Assembly: GCA_020137815.1 (NCBI GenBank) | Contig: CM035351.1 | Location: 4,092,001 to 4,156,000 of the forward strand | DNA from: Hormiphora californensis | Lineage: Eukaryota; Animalia; Ctenophora | DNA length: 64,000 nucleotides | Direction: 5' to 3' | Shown: positions 1 through 54,240 of the stretch, in pieces | Numbering within the stretch: position 1 is the first letter of the stretch | Layout of the letters: each line of letters starts with the position of its first letter | Notes under the pieces: model-generated | Told to the model about the DNA's origin: nothing | What the model saw: only the letters and a program-made list of their open reading frames with translations | The model's database searches: none | Program-made: the position numbers and the translations under genes

Positions 1-206
1 TTATTTAGGCTCCAGCAACAACTCCTATCTACTTGCAATGATTGATTTCACCTAATGTGTTTTGTGTTAAATTTGTTTGTAATAATGTTATTATTGATTA
101 ATTATTATTATATATTGCTATGTTTTCCCTCACATGATAAATCAACCGAGTTTTGAATTTGTGAAAACATCCTACTTCTCTCTTCATTGTGCGTGTGCGA
201 GTACAG

Positions 207-523
207 GCTTCACAACTGCTGTTGTATTTCCGAGAGAGAAGCAGGGTGTGTCTATCTTTGGTGGCACGTAAACCTTAGTTACACATTGTCACAAACCCAT
301 GGTTACCATAGTTACACAACCTTACAAGCCTATGGTTACACATTATCACTTGCCCATGGTTGCCATGGTTACACAAGCAGTACCACACCCTTTGTGTACT
401 AGACCCTCTCACAAAGGAGGAAGTCCCATTTCCTGTATTGACATTCTCAGTACACAATACACTCACACAATGGGAAGCATTATACAATATACACTACACG
501 TTGACATTGGATCCACCGCATAA
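207..523 (+). CDS. Possible last two exons (207-267, 403-523) of an unidentified gene entering from the left
   Basis: AG/GT-bounded open segments that join in frame (..FTTAVVFPREKQGVSIFGGT|PSHKGGSPISCIDILSTQY..*). No recognisable homology. Confidence 0.25.
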
Positions 524-632
524 TTCTTGGAATTCTTACTCCTAGTCCCCACCATAATGCGTGCATCTCCTGTCTGGCGCCGACCCGATCTGAGCGCATT
601 GAGAATTAAAACGGAGTCTGGCACCGCCAGAC

Positions 633-866
633 CTAAAGGTCCCCCCAAACTACTATGTCCCTTGCTGCGCGCGACCGGATTTTAGACGGCCATAGCTCCA
701 CCCCCTGATAAGATAGAGACTTGAAATTTGTTTTGTGAGGAGATCATATCGAGTTCTTCCTACATAACAAATTTCAAGTCTCTATCTCATCAGGGGGTGG
801 AGTTATGACCGTGGGAAATTTTACAAAACCCGAGTGAGGGACATAGTAGTTTGGGGTGTACTTTAG
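633..866. mobile_element. Foldback-type MITE
   Basis: Terminal IRs ctaaaggtccccccaaactactatgtccct / agggacatagtagtttggggtgtactttag, plus an inner ~45-bp IR (about 688-732 vs 766-810). Confidence 0.75.
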
Positions 867-1473
867 ATCATCTCTTGGATTTGAAATCAAAGTAAAAGGC
901 GTTGTTTTTAAGAGAAATGTCGAATACACACACAAACAACTTCTCTATACACAAATAGCCCAATTGATATACAAATTCTAGTTGCGATTACGAATTCCTC
1001 TCTTCTTGCTAGGCATTTTAACATATTTAACAAAACGCACTATCGCTACATTCTACAAATACATGTTAGCAAAAAGTCAAAATACAGTTATCCGTCATCT
1101 TCATCCTGATAGTCACTGACTCAGTGTGCAGAATATATTCACGAAATATTTTGCAATTCTACACGAACTAATTTTGTAGATATCGTGATCATTAAAATAA
1201 CTTACCCCATATATCATGTTTACTTTACAAATAAACACAAACTCAATATTATCACAAAGTCCTCGAAATATAACTAGTTGTCACTGCTACATTGCCAAAC
1301 ACTCACTAAGTAGGCCAGCTACATGACGTGGTGTCTCAACATGATGGATAATTCCCTAAAACGCAAAAAGACTCATTAAAATAATTCAACAGTCCCATTT
1401 AGGCAAGTGTAGAGGAAAAGGGCCGTGATCCCTGTCCTCTGTTGCCTAGTGACAATTCACAATAGTCTAGTCT

Positions 1474-30909
<29,436 letters not shown>

Positions 30910-32180
30910 CTTGTAGTGCCCTACTTTAGTTTCGTTATCTCTCAATTCACTTTAACCGAACTAACATAATCTGTAAGAGCTGATAAATTTAGAACACACG
31001 CTCTTTCGTTGGCATACATAATGCATTATAATGAGCCATCCAATTAATGCAATCACTCCAAAAATATGCACGACGGGAGAGAGAAGTGTAAAATGGGCTC
31101 TGATTGGCTCAAGCTGCACATTGCAATGAATGGAGAGAAAATAGAACAAATGCAAGTGTGGTAGGAGGGAACAAGAGAAAGAGAAAGCAATCCAATCAAT
31201 CTGAAACTGATTTCAGGTAAAGGTCCAGTGATAATTATAGTAGTAAGTAACTCGAGAATTGGGGAATGGAGGACAATAATTAAATCATGTACATATCGGG
31301 AAATTGGGAGTTTTCAATATGGGATCGGTGTTGTTAGAAGTATTTTAGGTGATTATAATTAACACAGATACCAAGCAATTTTGTAATGAACTGTCAGCGG
31401 TAAACGGTTAACATTGTGGATTGTAGGCTTTTGGGTCCCGGTAAAAGTGTTATGTGCTCTCTAAGGTTGGGCAGATGAAAATACACAATTAAATGAGCAA
31501 TGTGTATCGAGCCAAGAATAAAACTAGCCAGTATCGGTACTAGCCAGTATCGGTACTGTGCATCGTGCGTGAGGGCCAGGGGCGAGGAGGGAGTCCGTTA
31601 ACTTTGTAAGTTAAGTCCAAGATGCACGAAACCAAATTTAGCGGACTACGTCATAGACGTCGTAGGCAACATTTTTTCATGTGGCCTGGGTGGCCAATAT
31701 GACGGAATACTGCACCGCTGAGAGCTAGAAAAATTTGAAAAAATGCTTTTCAAAAAATAAGAGCTTGTTTCAAAATCAGGCGTGATCTTAAAATTCTCAA
31801 ACGCGCACGAAAACGTTTGTCATTGTGCGCGGCGCTGAATAGCAGTGCAAATTGATAATTTTCGACTCATCCGCAGTATGAATCCCCGGCCCGGCTGGCT
31901 GAAACTGAAACACACAATAAAACACTTTCATAACAAATTCCAATAGTTCATTAAAATAAAATTCAATTGAGTATACATGGCACACGGTTTTTGGAATAAA
32001 TTAAACTACAATTTGAGTATTGCCTGACAAAAATATGCTATCTTGTCAAAATGTCAATCTTGATCTATCTATTTCTAGTAATATCTGGTCTCTAGATTCA
32101 GTGTTTTAGCCGGAGCAATATCATTGATAAAACAGTTTGACCTACCAACATAAAACTCAATAAATTAGATAAAATAAATC

Positions 32181-35100
32181 TCAGAAAGAACTGAGAGTTC
32201 TTTGCGTTTTCCTCTGTGTTTTCCCTTGTGTTTTGTTCTGTTTGGTGTATGCCTCAAAGAAAGGGTTGAATGAATTCTCCTCCTCGTCACTCTGGTTGTC
32301 GCTCTGAGGGGAAATGAGATAGTTTTAGCGGATCTTTTATGGTGTCTGTATCGTGTCTGTCTGGTTTCAATATCAATAATAAATCTTTCTACGTCTATCT
32401 GTTTCTATAATGTCCATTTTTTTCAACTGTTCACCCCCCAAAGTCGTGCGCGGAATTGTTTTGTGCGTTTATCACATGTTAACGTGTAGCGCGCGCAGCG
32501 TAAATTAAAATATCGCACGCGCACGAGTTGAGGGGTGAACAGTTGAATAAAAATGGACTTTATATCTGTTTAAATTCCTAGATTTCTGTGTTTCTCACCT
32601 CGTCATCTGAAGCCAGTAACCGGGAGTGCCCACCATCCGTCTCCCCAAAACTCCCCACACTAAGGGTAATATTAATGGACCTAGTCGGTATGTGTTTCCT
32701 CTTGAACCCCTTGTAGTTCACCAGACCCGATGAGTTCTGAGTAGTGCTTCTGGAAACATTCTGAGTTGTAGTCCTAGATGGACCAACCATACTCCTAACA
32801 AGAAGATTCGGTGAGATGGCCACACATGATTTTGTATCATCCCCGTTCTCAGATGTCTGAGTTTTACGAACATTTCTTATCCATTGAGAGTTGGAGGAAG
32901 ACTCGTGTATACTCAGGATCTTGATCATCCCAATGCTCTGCTCCAATCTAGCATGTTTACCATCGACACTCTGTTCCATTTTGGCACGTTTCCCGCTGGG
33001 AGAGATTCCTGAACTGGCCGGTACGGGTTCAAGCTCCCTTTTTACACGAGGTGTTGATGGTGGTGGCTCGGTGAAGGGAGGGTACCCGGACTGTACTAAT
33101 ATCACCGGCTGGTCCTCCTCTACCTCTACTACTTCTTGTTTCACCTCCTCCTTCACTTCTACAGGTTCAGGTACAACAGGTTCAGGTACAACAGGTTCGG
33201 GTGGTTCATCCTCAGGTTCGTTCATCCTGGCACGTTTAGCCGCCATAGCACTGTCCAATGTCTCCTGGAAAGAGGGGATGTTGAGGGGTCGGAGGGTGGC
33301 AGCAAATGGATTGTAATCCTCGTCATCACTATCCTCTGGGTAGACTCTTTTGGGAATCCTGCTGCTAGTGCCGCTGAACAGAGATGCCGAGCCGGAGGTC
33401 GTGGGTGCTCTACTGAGAGATGTAGAACCAGATGGTGCCCTAACAGATGCAGAGCCGGAGGTCGTGGGTGGTCTAACAGAGGAGGTTGAGGGTGCCCTGC
33501 TGGTAAAGGAAGAGGTAGGAGTTGCAGCTGCAGGGGTGGTGGAGATCCTGCTAGTTGTTGTGGTGCTGAACAGGGAGGCAGAACTCATGTTAGCGGGGGT
33601 TATAGGGGAGGGAGGTCCAGGCTGTTGTTTTCCAGGGGTGACCAGTGTTTTATCCAATCGAGGTGGCTGCACAGTCGGTTCAATAAACGATTTGGTTCGG
33701 TTAGGCGTATCTAAAGTCCGATCCAGTCGAGGTGGCTGGACAGTTGGGTCAATAAATGATGTTCCCAGTTTCGAGCTAGCTGGAGTGTTTATTGTCTTGT
33801 CCAATCTAGGTGGCTGGACAGTTGGTTCAATAAAAGATTTCCCCGACTTTGAACTTGCCGCCGGTGATATAGATTTGTCAAGTGGGAGTAGGTTCACGGA
33901 AGGTTCCACGAAGGAGTCACTCCTCCCATTCACCCTACTACTTCCCGCTATAGTACAGGTATTGATCGTCATTGTGTTCAGTGACTCTCCTATCATTAGG
34001 GTCTCAAACTGACTCTCGTTACCACTCCTGTTAGTTGTTTGGGTATCAATGATTGGAGGTGGTGCCTGGCTGGGCTGAGTTGATCCTCCTCCTCTGACCT
34101 TCCTAAACAGCTTGTTCCGGTCGTTGTACAGCAGCGCCATAATAAGAGACGTTTCCTTGGCAGGAAGGAGAGACCTCGAACTAGTCATTATCTCTCCCGC
34201 TCTCCTGCTTGTATCAGATTCATTCCTTCCTCCTACTACTATAGATGTCGCTTCCCGGATCAAATCCTCATCCTGACCATCCCACAACACCAACTTCGTC
34301 CGCCCCCATGGCCCTAGCCACCCCTCCCCTCTCATCCATTTCCTTCTGACCCAGAAACACAACAGTCATGTTCTGGAGGAGGTTCCTGCGGTCTGGGTTG
34401 GGCTTTAGTTTCGCTCCCCTAATATCTCCAGCAATGGGAGGATAGTACCCAGCTGAATGTTTGGGTAGTTTGGTGGTGTTATTAGTGCTTGTCGCCAGGT
34501 CTGTGAGAAATGAAGGAAGGAGGATCTCAGCGTTGTCGGACACAGCTTGTACCACCTGGGTAAGGAGAAGAATGTAGTTAAGAGATTCTATCTTTTTTCT
34601 TTCTCACTCACTCTGTATCTCCCTCTCTCTCTCTCCCTTCCTCTCTGTATCTATTTGTGTTCTTCCAAAAGAATGATAAAGCACATATTTTTTTCTCTCT
34701 CTCGTGAAAATCTTCACAATTCGGGGAAAAAGATCAGTCGGCAGACTGCTTTGTGACATACTTTACCTTGGGTGTGAGTATTATTTGTTCCATAATTAGG
34801 ACATTGCACTCAGAATCCCACGTTTTACTAAACTGTAATTTTAGGTGCCGAACAGCCCTCGTACAGCTCTCTTTTGATTTAGCTGGGGAGGGATGTCAAT
34901 AATTCTGGGGCCGGGGGCCGGACCACATGGGGCAGGGGGGCTGAGAGTTGTGAATAATTCTACATTTTTATTTAGCCTACATGACGTGACGTGTGACAGC
35001 ATTGGGACGCCTCACACTATGTATATATTTGCTTGAAACGGAGTGTTGTGTGTAATTCTTCATGCACAGAAGTGCATATTTATGGGTATGTATTGATACT

Positions 35101-35730
35101 ATTGACACATGAATAACTTAGTGTGAATGTGAATTGTTTGGCTTGCTCGCAAAATACTGCCCGCCCCGAGCTGTAGGTGCACGATGACGTAGTATGGCAA
35201 CTTTTGGCAAATATTTTTTTTTTCAATCCCTGATTACTGCTAGTGAAAGTAAATAGTTTGCGAAAGCTCTTTCTCTCTCTAATCTTCTAACAATCTCTCT
35301 TCACCCCACCACCATCAGCGAGTTAGCGGTAAAGTCACACTTTTGAGCACCAATAAACACCTGCATCAGCCACCAAGAAATTACCAGGTGATTGAGCTAT
35401 AGAGCAAGTTATCGGAATTAGAGCGGAAGTCAGAAAAATTAATCAAGCTATGATGTATTCTCTATTAGCTATGGTATATTATCTAATGTGATACTATGTT
35501 CTCTAAGCCGTGATATATTCTCAACTTCATTGAAATTGTCGATAAAGTATTGCCAATTTGGCGACACATAATGCTAGCTATTGTTTGGAATTATACCTGA
35601 CAGATTGGAAAATGCAACTTTAATTTTGCACATAGTGTAAAGCTTCCCGCTTCTTCCGAACTCAATTTCAGCTCCGATCTTTACATTTATCGTACTCTGC
35701 TTTATCTGCGGGAAGGGAGAGAGGGGGAGG

Positions 35731-35804
<74 letters not shown>

Positions 35805-36583
35805 TAGAATGGGGGAAAAGATACAATTTGCATTGAACGCACAGTTTAATTTTAAACTTGCAGATGAATGGAGCACATTTTCCGAGATAATTGGCTGTCG
35901 CCGACTCGGAGAATATGCTAGAAACACAAAGAGGGGGACAGAAAGCTTGCCGGCAAAAAGAGTGTGTATTACAGAGTGAGAGAAGATATATAATAATGTT
36001 GAAAGAAGGGATAAAGACAAAAGTCTTATTAACCAATGCCTGGTTATATATGTGCACTGAATGACGTGTCGTTTAAGCAACAATATCTAAAATATCTAAA
36101 AAATTAGTAGACAGAAAATTTGTTTGATGACACATCCTCACACACACCCTTTTGACACAATATTTTTGTTTGGTATTGGCTGATCTTACCATTTATTATT
36201 TCTTGGCTTACCTTGATGTTGTCGATAATAGTTCCAAATTGCGACTTGTCCGTGTAGAGAATCTCCCCATTGACCTGTACCGCCAAACTTCCGTGCTGGG
36301 AAATAGTGGGTCTTAATCTTGAGGGAAGGAGAGCCCGGACTAGGGGGAGCTGGGGGGTAAGGAGAGATCAGAGGGGGTAAAGAGAGATCAGAGGGAGGGA
36401 GTGCTTAATTAACTGTTGGAGAGCTAAGACTCTTTTTATCTCCCTACTCACCTCCCTACTGATGCCATTAAGATTTGCATTTCCTATAGATAGTGCAATG
36501 TCACATGTAGGGTTCCGTCCGACCTTGTAGATGACACCGGGAACTAGGTAGAATCTAGTGGTCTCACCCCGTAACACATACAT
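32181..36583 (-). CDS. NBN: Nibrin / NBS1 (FHA, BRCT, Mre11-binding motif)
   Basis: FHA motifs VGRN..CD and ISRE|H, and TDKSQFGT; BRCT2-like PNPDRRNLLQNMTVVF; Mre11-binding-like VNYKGFKRK; acidic FNPFF C-terminal exon 32181-32303. The large exon 32599-34555 has a 1-bp frameshift near 34305. Confidence 0.85.
32410..32561. mobile_element. Short MITE in NBS1 last intron; empty-site relative of 8387-9821
   Basis: gtccattttttt caactgttcacccc / ggggtgaacagttgaataaaaatggac IRs; contains catgTTAAcgtg at 32479-32482. Confidence 0.75.
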
Positions 36584-36918
36584 ACATCCGCTGGCTAGTC
36601 ATAGTGGTAAGGGTTAGAGAGAGGTAGAGAGGTAGGTTTAGTTAGATATTTCATTGGAAGAGAGACTGTGAATAAATTAGATGGTAGAATAAGCAAGCTC
36701 ATTGATATGAATTATAATAGAAACATGTAATAACATAGAAATGAACTCAAATAAAATTAATTAAAAACTAGTATCCTAACTGGATCCATGCTGGCCCCCC
36801 TCACTCTCTTCAGCCTCCTGCACAATATATTAGATTGTCCAGGAAATAATGTCGTCTTACAATTTTTTGTAGAAATGCATGAGTTAGCGACTTTTAACTT
36901 GTTTTATCTTGTTTAGTA

Positions 36919-37697
36919 GGGTAAACCGGGGCAATTCGAACAACTGGGGCAATTCGAACATAGTACTGCCCGTCTCTCACCTAGTTAAGCTATCATAATG
37001 ACGTCATCCTATCTCCAGAAGAAAACTGCTCGTTCGAGCCTGCCCGTTACCACTAAATAGGCTCTAGATCCGGTTTAAGTTGGTCAATTTCCGATTTGAA
37101 AAAACCAGCTGAAAGCTAATAATATCAGCTTTCAGATGGTATAAAAATTATTTGAATATTCGCATGTTTTCATTCCAAATTCTGGTAAATTAAGATTACC
37201 GGGGCAATTCGAACAACCGGGGCAATTCGAACATGGGCAATTTGGTTAACACACCGGGGCAATTTGGTTAACTCCCGGGCCAATGATGTACAGTTCTTTG
37301 CACCACGTGATCACGCGTGATACCGGGGCAATTCGAGCAAGAACGACCAGCGTGTAGATTGCGTGTAGATTACATTGTTCGAATTGCCCCCACCTCTAAC
37401 AACACCAGGCGGGAATCTTCTTCTGGTGTTGTGAGGACGTTCACGTGACTCCCACGTGACGAAATAAAGCACTCCTATTGGTGATGCTCGAATTGCCCCG
37501 GTACCAATTTTTCCGACCAAAATTTTTCAATTAGTTATTTAGTTAAGTAAATGATGGTCCCTATAGTTGAAATTTATCTTATTTGAAAGATAAAATAATG
37601 AACTTTAATCCTATATAATTTTTTTCATTGTATCTTTTTTTAAATGGGAGTGAGAACCGATTAAGTAAAAAGTTAACCATTTTGCCCCGGTTTACCC
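36919..37697. mobile_element. TA-TSD MITE (pogo/Tc1-like) with subterminal repeats
   Basis: ta|gggtaaaccggggcaa ... ttgccccggtttaccc|ta; several ccggggcaattcgaaca copies in both orientations. Confidence 0.8.
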
Positions 37698-38580
37698 TAG
37701 ACAATTTCCCGTCTGGGAAACACATTTAGAACTTCATACTAATATTTTCATTGCCCGTATTTGGGTACTCTGTCACCGGAAGTCGCTTTGCCGCTGAACG
37801 GGAGTTTTGCAAATTTTAAAACGTCGCTGGAAGGAAGCGATTTAAGTTTCCAGAACTCTAAATGGCGTCAATCGATAGCCCATCGTCCAAAGATATAGTT
37901 CCCATGCGATTTTAGTCTCGACGCGTTCTATGGAAACGTCAAACTTAGTAAATCTACCTCAAAAAAGTGAAAAAAACGAAAAAATTTACCTCGATTTTGG
38001 ACCCAAAAATCGGGACTTTCAAAAAACCGCATTTTTTCACCTCGAAACCTTACCAAAGCCAAAAGTTAACTTTACTACGGTTAGAAGCTTAGTTGGGACT
38101 ATTAATTACCATCAATAAATTTATCATTCACCAATCCAATCAAACCTGAAGTATCCCGGAAGTGAAAATTTCCGATTTTGACCAAAATTTTTCAGAGCTC
38201 CATAGCTCCGAGACAAATTGGATCTGTGACCTCATTCACCAGTCAAACGATAGATATTTGTCTAATAAACAAGCTTGATGTCATTAAAAATCTTACAGAT
38301 GCTTAATTAAATAACTATAGCAGTTTTTTTAACATGCAAGGAAATCTCGTTCAGCGGCAAAATTTTTTGCAATTTTTCCGGGTTCACCAAGGGACGTCAA
38401 ATATCAAATTTTTCAAATCAGACACTTGTTTTATACAGACAAAGGTTAGATCTAGGCGCTAGTATACCGAAATTGTTGAGTTAAGTTGGAGAAATTGGCC
38501 CGCGACATTATTTCTTGGACACCCTAATATTGCACATACCTCGGTAACCAGGGAAACATCCTTTTTTTCTCTCTCTCACA

Positions 38581-50077
<11,497 letters not shown>

Positions 50078-50704
50078 GTATCGCACCAAACTCCACTCAT
50101 AACCACCTTCCTAGCAATGGTTGTCGTGTAAAGGGTTGGATAACATGTGTAAAGGGTGTTTGTACTAACAGGTGTTGTGTAAAGGGTGTTGTGTACTAAC
50201 AGGTGTTGTGTACAGGGTAGAGGGTGTTCATAATAACAGGTGATCAACAAATTACCTCGATTTACCGAACTTCGATTTACCACTGTCTGGCGCCGCGACC
50301 CATCTGAGCACTGTCGCGCACTGAGAATCAAATGGGGTATGGCGCCGCCATACAGATTTACCACACATATGAATTTCCCCCGATATTTCAACCGTGCACC
50401 TCGATACACTATGGGCTTAAACCCTCCTTCTGAAGACTGAGTTCAGTAAATCGAGTTTTGACTGGTGTAACAGAGTGAGCGAGTGACGCAGGTTGCTGAG
50501 AAGAATGTTGCAAGAGAAAGATTTTGGAAAGTGAGAGAATGAGTCGCCTGGCACTGTGAGAGAGAGAGGATGAAGGGGGAGGCTGCAGCTGAAAAAGGCT
50601 TCATCTGACAAAAAGGGTCAATCAAATCTGATATTTTATATTTACACAAAAAACACATGACAGCAATGATTCAACAATAAAAATATAAAAGATCACACTA
50701 GCTC

Positions 50705-51364
50705 TCACATTCTCCCCGACCTCTCTTTCTCTCCATCATCCAGTTCATAGGCAGGTCTAAACTTGTCCCCCTCGCCCACACTGAGGGCTGGGTTAGGTTT
50801 CGTATTCACCATGTTTCCGATGGAGGTGTAGCCCTGGTTGTAGAGGGGACAGTAGGGGACCTGGAGGGTCCTCAGGAAATCCCAAACCTGGCTGTAACTC
50901 CAGGAGATGATGGGGTTGACTCGGAGGATCTGGGGCCAGCCTGGATCAGTAACGGCAAACTCTGTGAGGTGGGAACTGTACGGGTCCGTCCTTCTCGTAC
51001 CCATGAGGATTGCCTTTATGTCGGGGTGCTCCTTCATCAAAACTTCCAGTCCCTCCTTGATGGAAGCCTTGATTCTAATGAGTGTGATGGGGTAGACTCC
51101 CACGATCTCGTCAATGAATTCCTCCACCTCAGGGAATGTCTCCCCACTCTCGATGCACACCCCCACAACAGTGGGGATGGGGGAAGCCTGCTGTTGGAGC
51201 GCCAGGTGGAGAAGGTGCAACACCACCGTGCAATCCTTACCACCGTTAAAGGCGATGGCAATAGCTCCCCCTGCATCTTCAAGGGCCTTAGTTACCACGG
51301 CAACTGCAGCGCTTACAAGGGCAGGTTCGCCACACGCGGAGACATCTGATGTACCAGGCTGCAT
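50705..51364 (-). CDS. FLAD1: FAD synthase (FMN adenylyltransferase, PAPS-reductase domain only)
   Basis: AFNGGKDCTV, MGTRRTDP, RVNPIISWSY..W.FL..L.VPYC.LY..GYTSIG..NT.PNPAL, ERSGR. Confidence 0.9.
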   Translation of the reverse strand: MQPGTSDVSACGEPALVSAAVAVVTKALEDAGGAIAIAFNGGKDCTVVLHLLHLALQQQASPIPTVVGVCIESGETFPEVEEFIDEIVGVYPITLIRIKASIKEGLEVLMKEHPDIKAILMGTRRTDPYSSHLTEFAVTDPGWPQILRVNPIISWSYSQVWDFLRTLQVPYCPLYNQGYTSIGNMVNTKPNPALSVGEGDKFRPAYELDDGEKERSGRM

Positions 51365-51777
51365 GACACTAGAAGGGAAAACAAGAGGGTGGTTAGGAGA
51401 GGTTTGTCAAGCGGTTGGGGGTGGGGGAGGGGGGTAAGTCTGGCGTATAATAATAGAAAAGGTGCAGCAACAGATAAAATATTTCTCGAAAAGGGCTAAA
51501 GTTCAGTCTGAAGTGTTGAACAAGTAGAAATAGGTAAAGGGCAGTTCTCAATTCGCAATAAGGAGACATAGAGATAGAAGAGGGTTTTTATATTAGACCA
51601 CTTTATCACAAACTAAGTTACTAAATGTTAAAACTTGCAATCAGATAAGGTGAGAAACATGTGACGTGGTGACGAATTGCTCTCTTGATAGAACATTCTA
51701 ATAGATAACATTTTGACACATCAAGTAAAAAAAGTATCTATCTAACCGCTTGAATTCAGTTCACTGTCCCTGCATCA

Positions 51778-52032
51778 TCACGTCTTATCCTTCTTAGGCT
51801 TTACGTCAGCAAATCCTAGTGAATCTAGGTCCTCCTTGGCCATTAGGCCGGTGTCCATCCGACACTGTAGATACAACCTACTCTCCTCTCTACAAGCCCT
51901 CTGATTATACTTGTTTTCCTTCAGACAGTCCATAAAGGTTTCCATCGCTGTTTTACATTCGGCAAAGTGATCCAGGGGAAAGCTACCCTTATCAGGAGGC
52001 ATAGCAGGAGGGGGTCTCTTGGCCATATTCAT
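51778..52032 (-). CDS. COX19: Cytochrome c oxidase assembly protein COX19 (twin CX9C)
   Basis: PPDKGSFPLDH..ECK..M..F..CL......CR..S..YL.CRM...LM. Confidence 0.92.
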   Translation of the reverse strand: MNMAKRPPPAMPPDKGSFPLDHFAECKTAMETFMDCLKENKYNQRACREESRLYLQCRMDTGLMAKEDLDSLGFADVKPKKDKT

Positions 52033-52373
52033 GGTGCTGCTTTCTAGGTAGGGAAATGTATATTTTATTGGGCGACGAGACGAGAGAGTATTGGTTAACT
52101 AGAATTAGAATTTTCGCCAGGCAGACCGAAGAGATACTGGGGAAATAGTAACGGTACAAGCCTTATACTACTACAAGGTATTGAATGAGAATAATATGGA
52201 GATTTCGGGGAATTGTCTGGGGGTGTACAATAAATAAAGAAACGCTCATGTATTAACAATAAGTATTCAATTCAAGATGTGTGTCTCAGACACTGATAAA
52301 TGATTAAATAGCTATTTGTAATAATGCTTGACATTAAAAAAGATGAACAATGATATAATTTCTCCATCTCCCC

Positions 52374-53384
52374 TCACGTTACCCCATCCTCCTCTCTCCG
52401 TCGCTTTTTCTTTTTCTTGTGGCGGCGTTCTGTGGGGAGGAATTACTAGTGTTACAATTTGGCAGTGAAAACCAAATTAGAATATAAAACAAACATTTCA
52501 GCGTACAGTAAGAACTGTTATATTATGTGACTAGTGGTAAGTGGGTCAGCTCGAGTGGGTCGGTTGTGAACATATTTTAGACCCAGTCACCACCATATTT
52601 GGCTCCAGAATCTAACATTAATCATTACCCACTATCACAGCCCCGTGATTATTAAACATACCTTCGCTGTCGCCGTCTCGTTTTTTCTTTTTCTTTTTGT
52701 GTCCGGTAAAGAGGGGATTCCTGCGGTCCTCAAGTTTACCAGGCTTCAAACGGAACCCTGAGAACTGCTCGCTAGAGAGGGGCTGTAGATCACGTTGTAT
52801 GGTCGGGGGTTTATTTAGTAGTCCTATCAACCCATCCGCTTCATTTGTCGTCTTTATGTCAATCTGGCCTGCAAAGACAAATACCGTTACTACTGTGCTA
52901 GGTACTTATTGTGAACTATCGTGAATACTGTGATCAGTATTGTATTGGTAACCGTGAACTACAAGTATTACTAGTACAGATGCCAACGTATCAGATGCTA
53001 ACATATCTTAACACATCTTATGGACTCTAACCTTCATCGGGACACAGGAAGTCGAGCAGGGAACTCTCGCCGACATTTCCGTTGCATAGTTTCTGATATT
53101 CTGGCATTAATCCCGTCTGATGGAGAAGATCCTTCTCTCCCGCGAGCTGGTCTGCGGAGATCTCTGGAGGGTGGAAGGAGGGGTGAGAGGAGATGAATGG
53201 ATCGGTGGATGAGGGGCAGGGTGAGGGTCGGAGAATAGAGGGGTAAGTATCAATTAGATTTGAAATTCAGAACTGTACTCTTACCAGACCGTGGCGTGTG
53301 TAAGTAAAACTCGTGATTTACAACTTTACTTTTATCAAATTTAAAATCGTCATTTCTCACGGTGCCGTCCAGCTTTCTTTCAGA
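52374..53384 (-). CDS. MED19: Mediator subunit 19
   Basis: Exons 53285-about 53384 (EFYLHTP; start codon unresolved), 53032-53163 (LAGEKDLLHQTGLMPEYQKLC..LLDFL), 52662-52868 (GQID..LLNKPP..GFRLKPG, K-rich), 52374-52429 (K/R-rich tail). Confidence 0.75.
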
Positions 53385-54240
53385 TCACAACATAATTTTA
53401 ATCTTGGCTATTTTAAAATATGAGTCGTTATTCGGACAGTAAATTTGACCTAAGCTGCAATCCCCTGACCTGGGATTAGCAGTAAAGTCACCCTTTTTTG
53501 GCACCAAATTTAGACGTTTTTGGCCATAACTCAGCCATTTCTTGGCAAAGTTGCTTAATCTTGAGCTTGTTGGAAAGAGGGAATCGAGCTCTTTCCATAC
53601 AACCCAAGTTTCAGCAAAATGGTGAATAAATGGCGGAGCTACGCGTACGGCGCAAAACGCCTTAAAACGCACATTTTGCGACATAACTCCGCCACTTTTG
53701 CACCGATTTTTATTTTCTTTAGCTGCGTGGAAAGAAGAATAATAATAATATCGAGTATTTATATCCCGCTACTATGCGTTAAATATGATAGTCCTTCTTC
53801 TTCTTCTTCTTCGTAGAGGCTGTCTCTTCGTAGAGGCTGTCCACTACCCGTTTATTCTTGAACTAACGAGCCCAAGATCTTGGTATCTTGGTATTGTCTT
53901 TGTGTAGATCCTACACCGGTGTCAGTTCTTTACAGAGCCTCCCCCTCCCTGGAAACATTCCGTATGAAGTCCAATACTGAATTGTTGTTCTGTTTTTGGT
54001 ATCCGAGTACCGGGGGACGATCCGGGAATCTCTTCAGCCATTTCCCCAGAAGTATCTTGAATGAGTCAAAATCTTCCGCTGAGTTCACTTCGCTGGGGAG
54101 GGTATACCATAACCGGGTCGCTCTATTTGAAAACGAGTTGTGGTGCTTCGTCTGGACCGATTTCTGGGTGTTTGTGGGGCATGTAGGGATCTTTGCCTTT
54201 TTTCCGAGTCGGATATGGTTGTAAAAGCGAATGCCAATAT

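Noticed and set aside
571-632. Short GC-rich IR element (similar at 50283-50355) considered as a tRNA or small RNA
   Set aside because: No cloverleaf or A/B boxes; it looks like a tiny dispersed repeat.
31990-32025. aactacaatttgag resembling a spliced-leader 3' end
   Set aside because: The match is short and no convincing donor or Sm-site context is visible.
32891-34012. Plus-strand ORFs of 141 and 220 aa
   Set aside because: They are antisense shadows of the large NBS1 exon.
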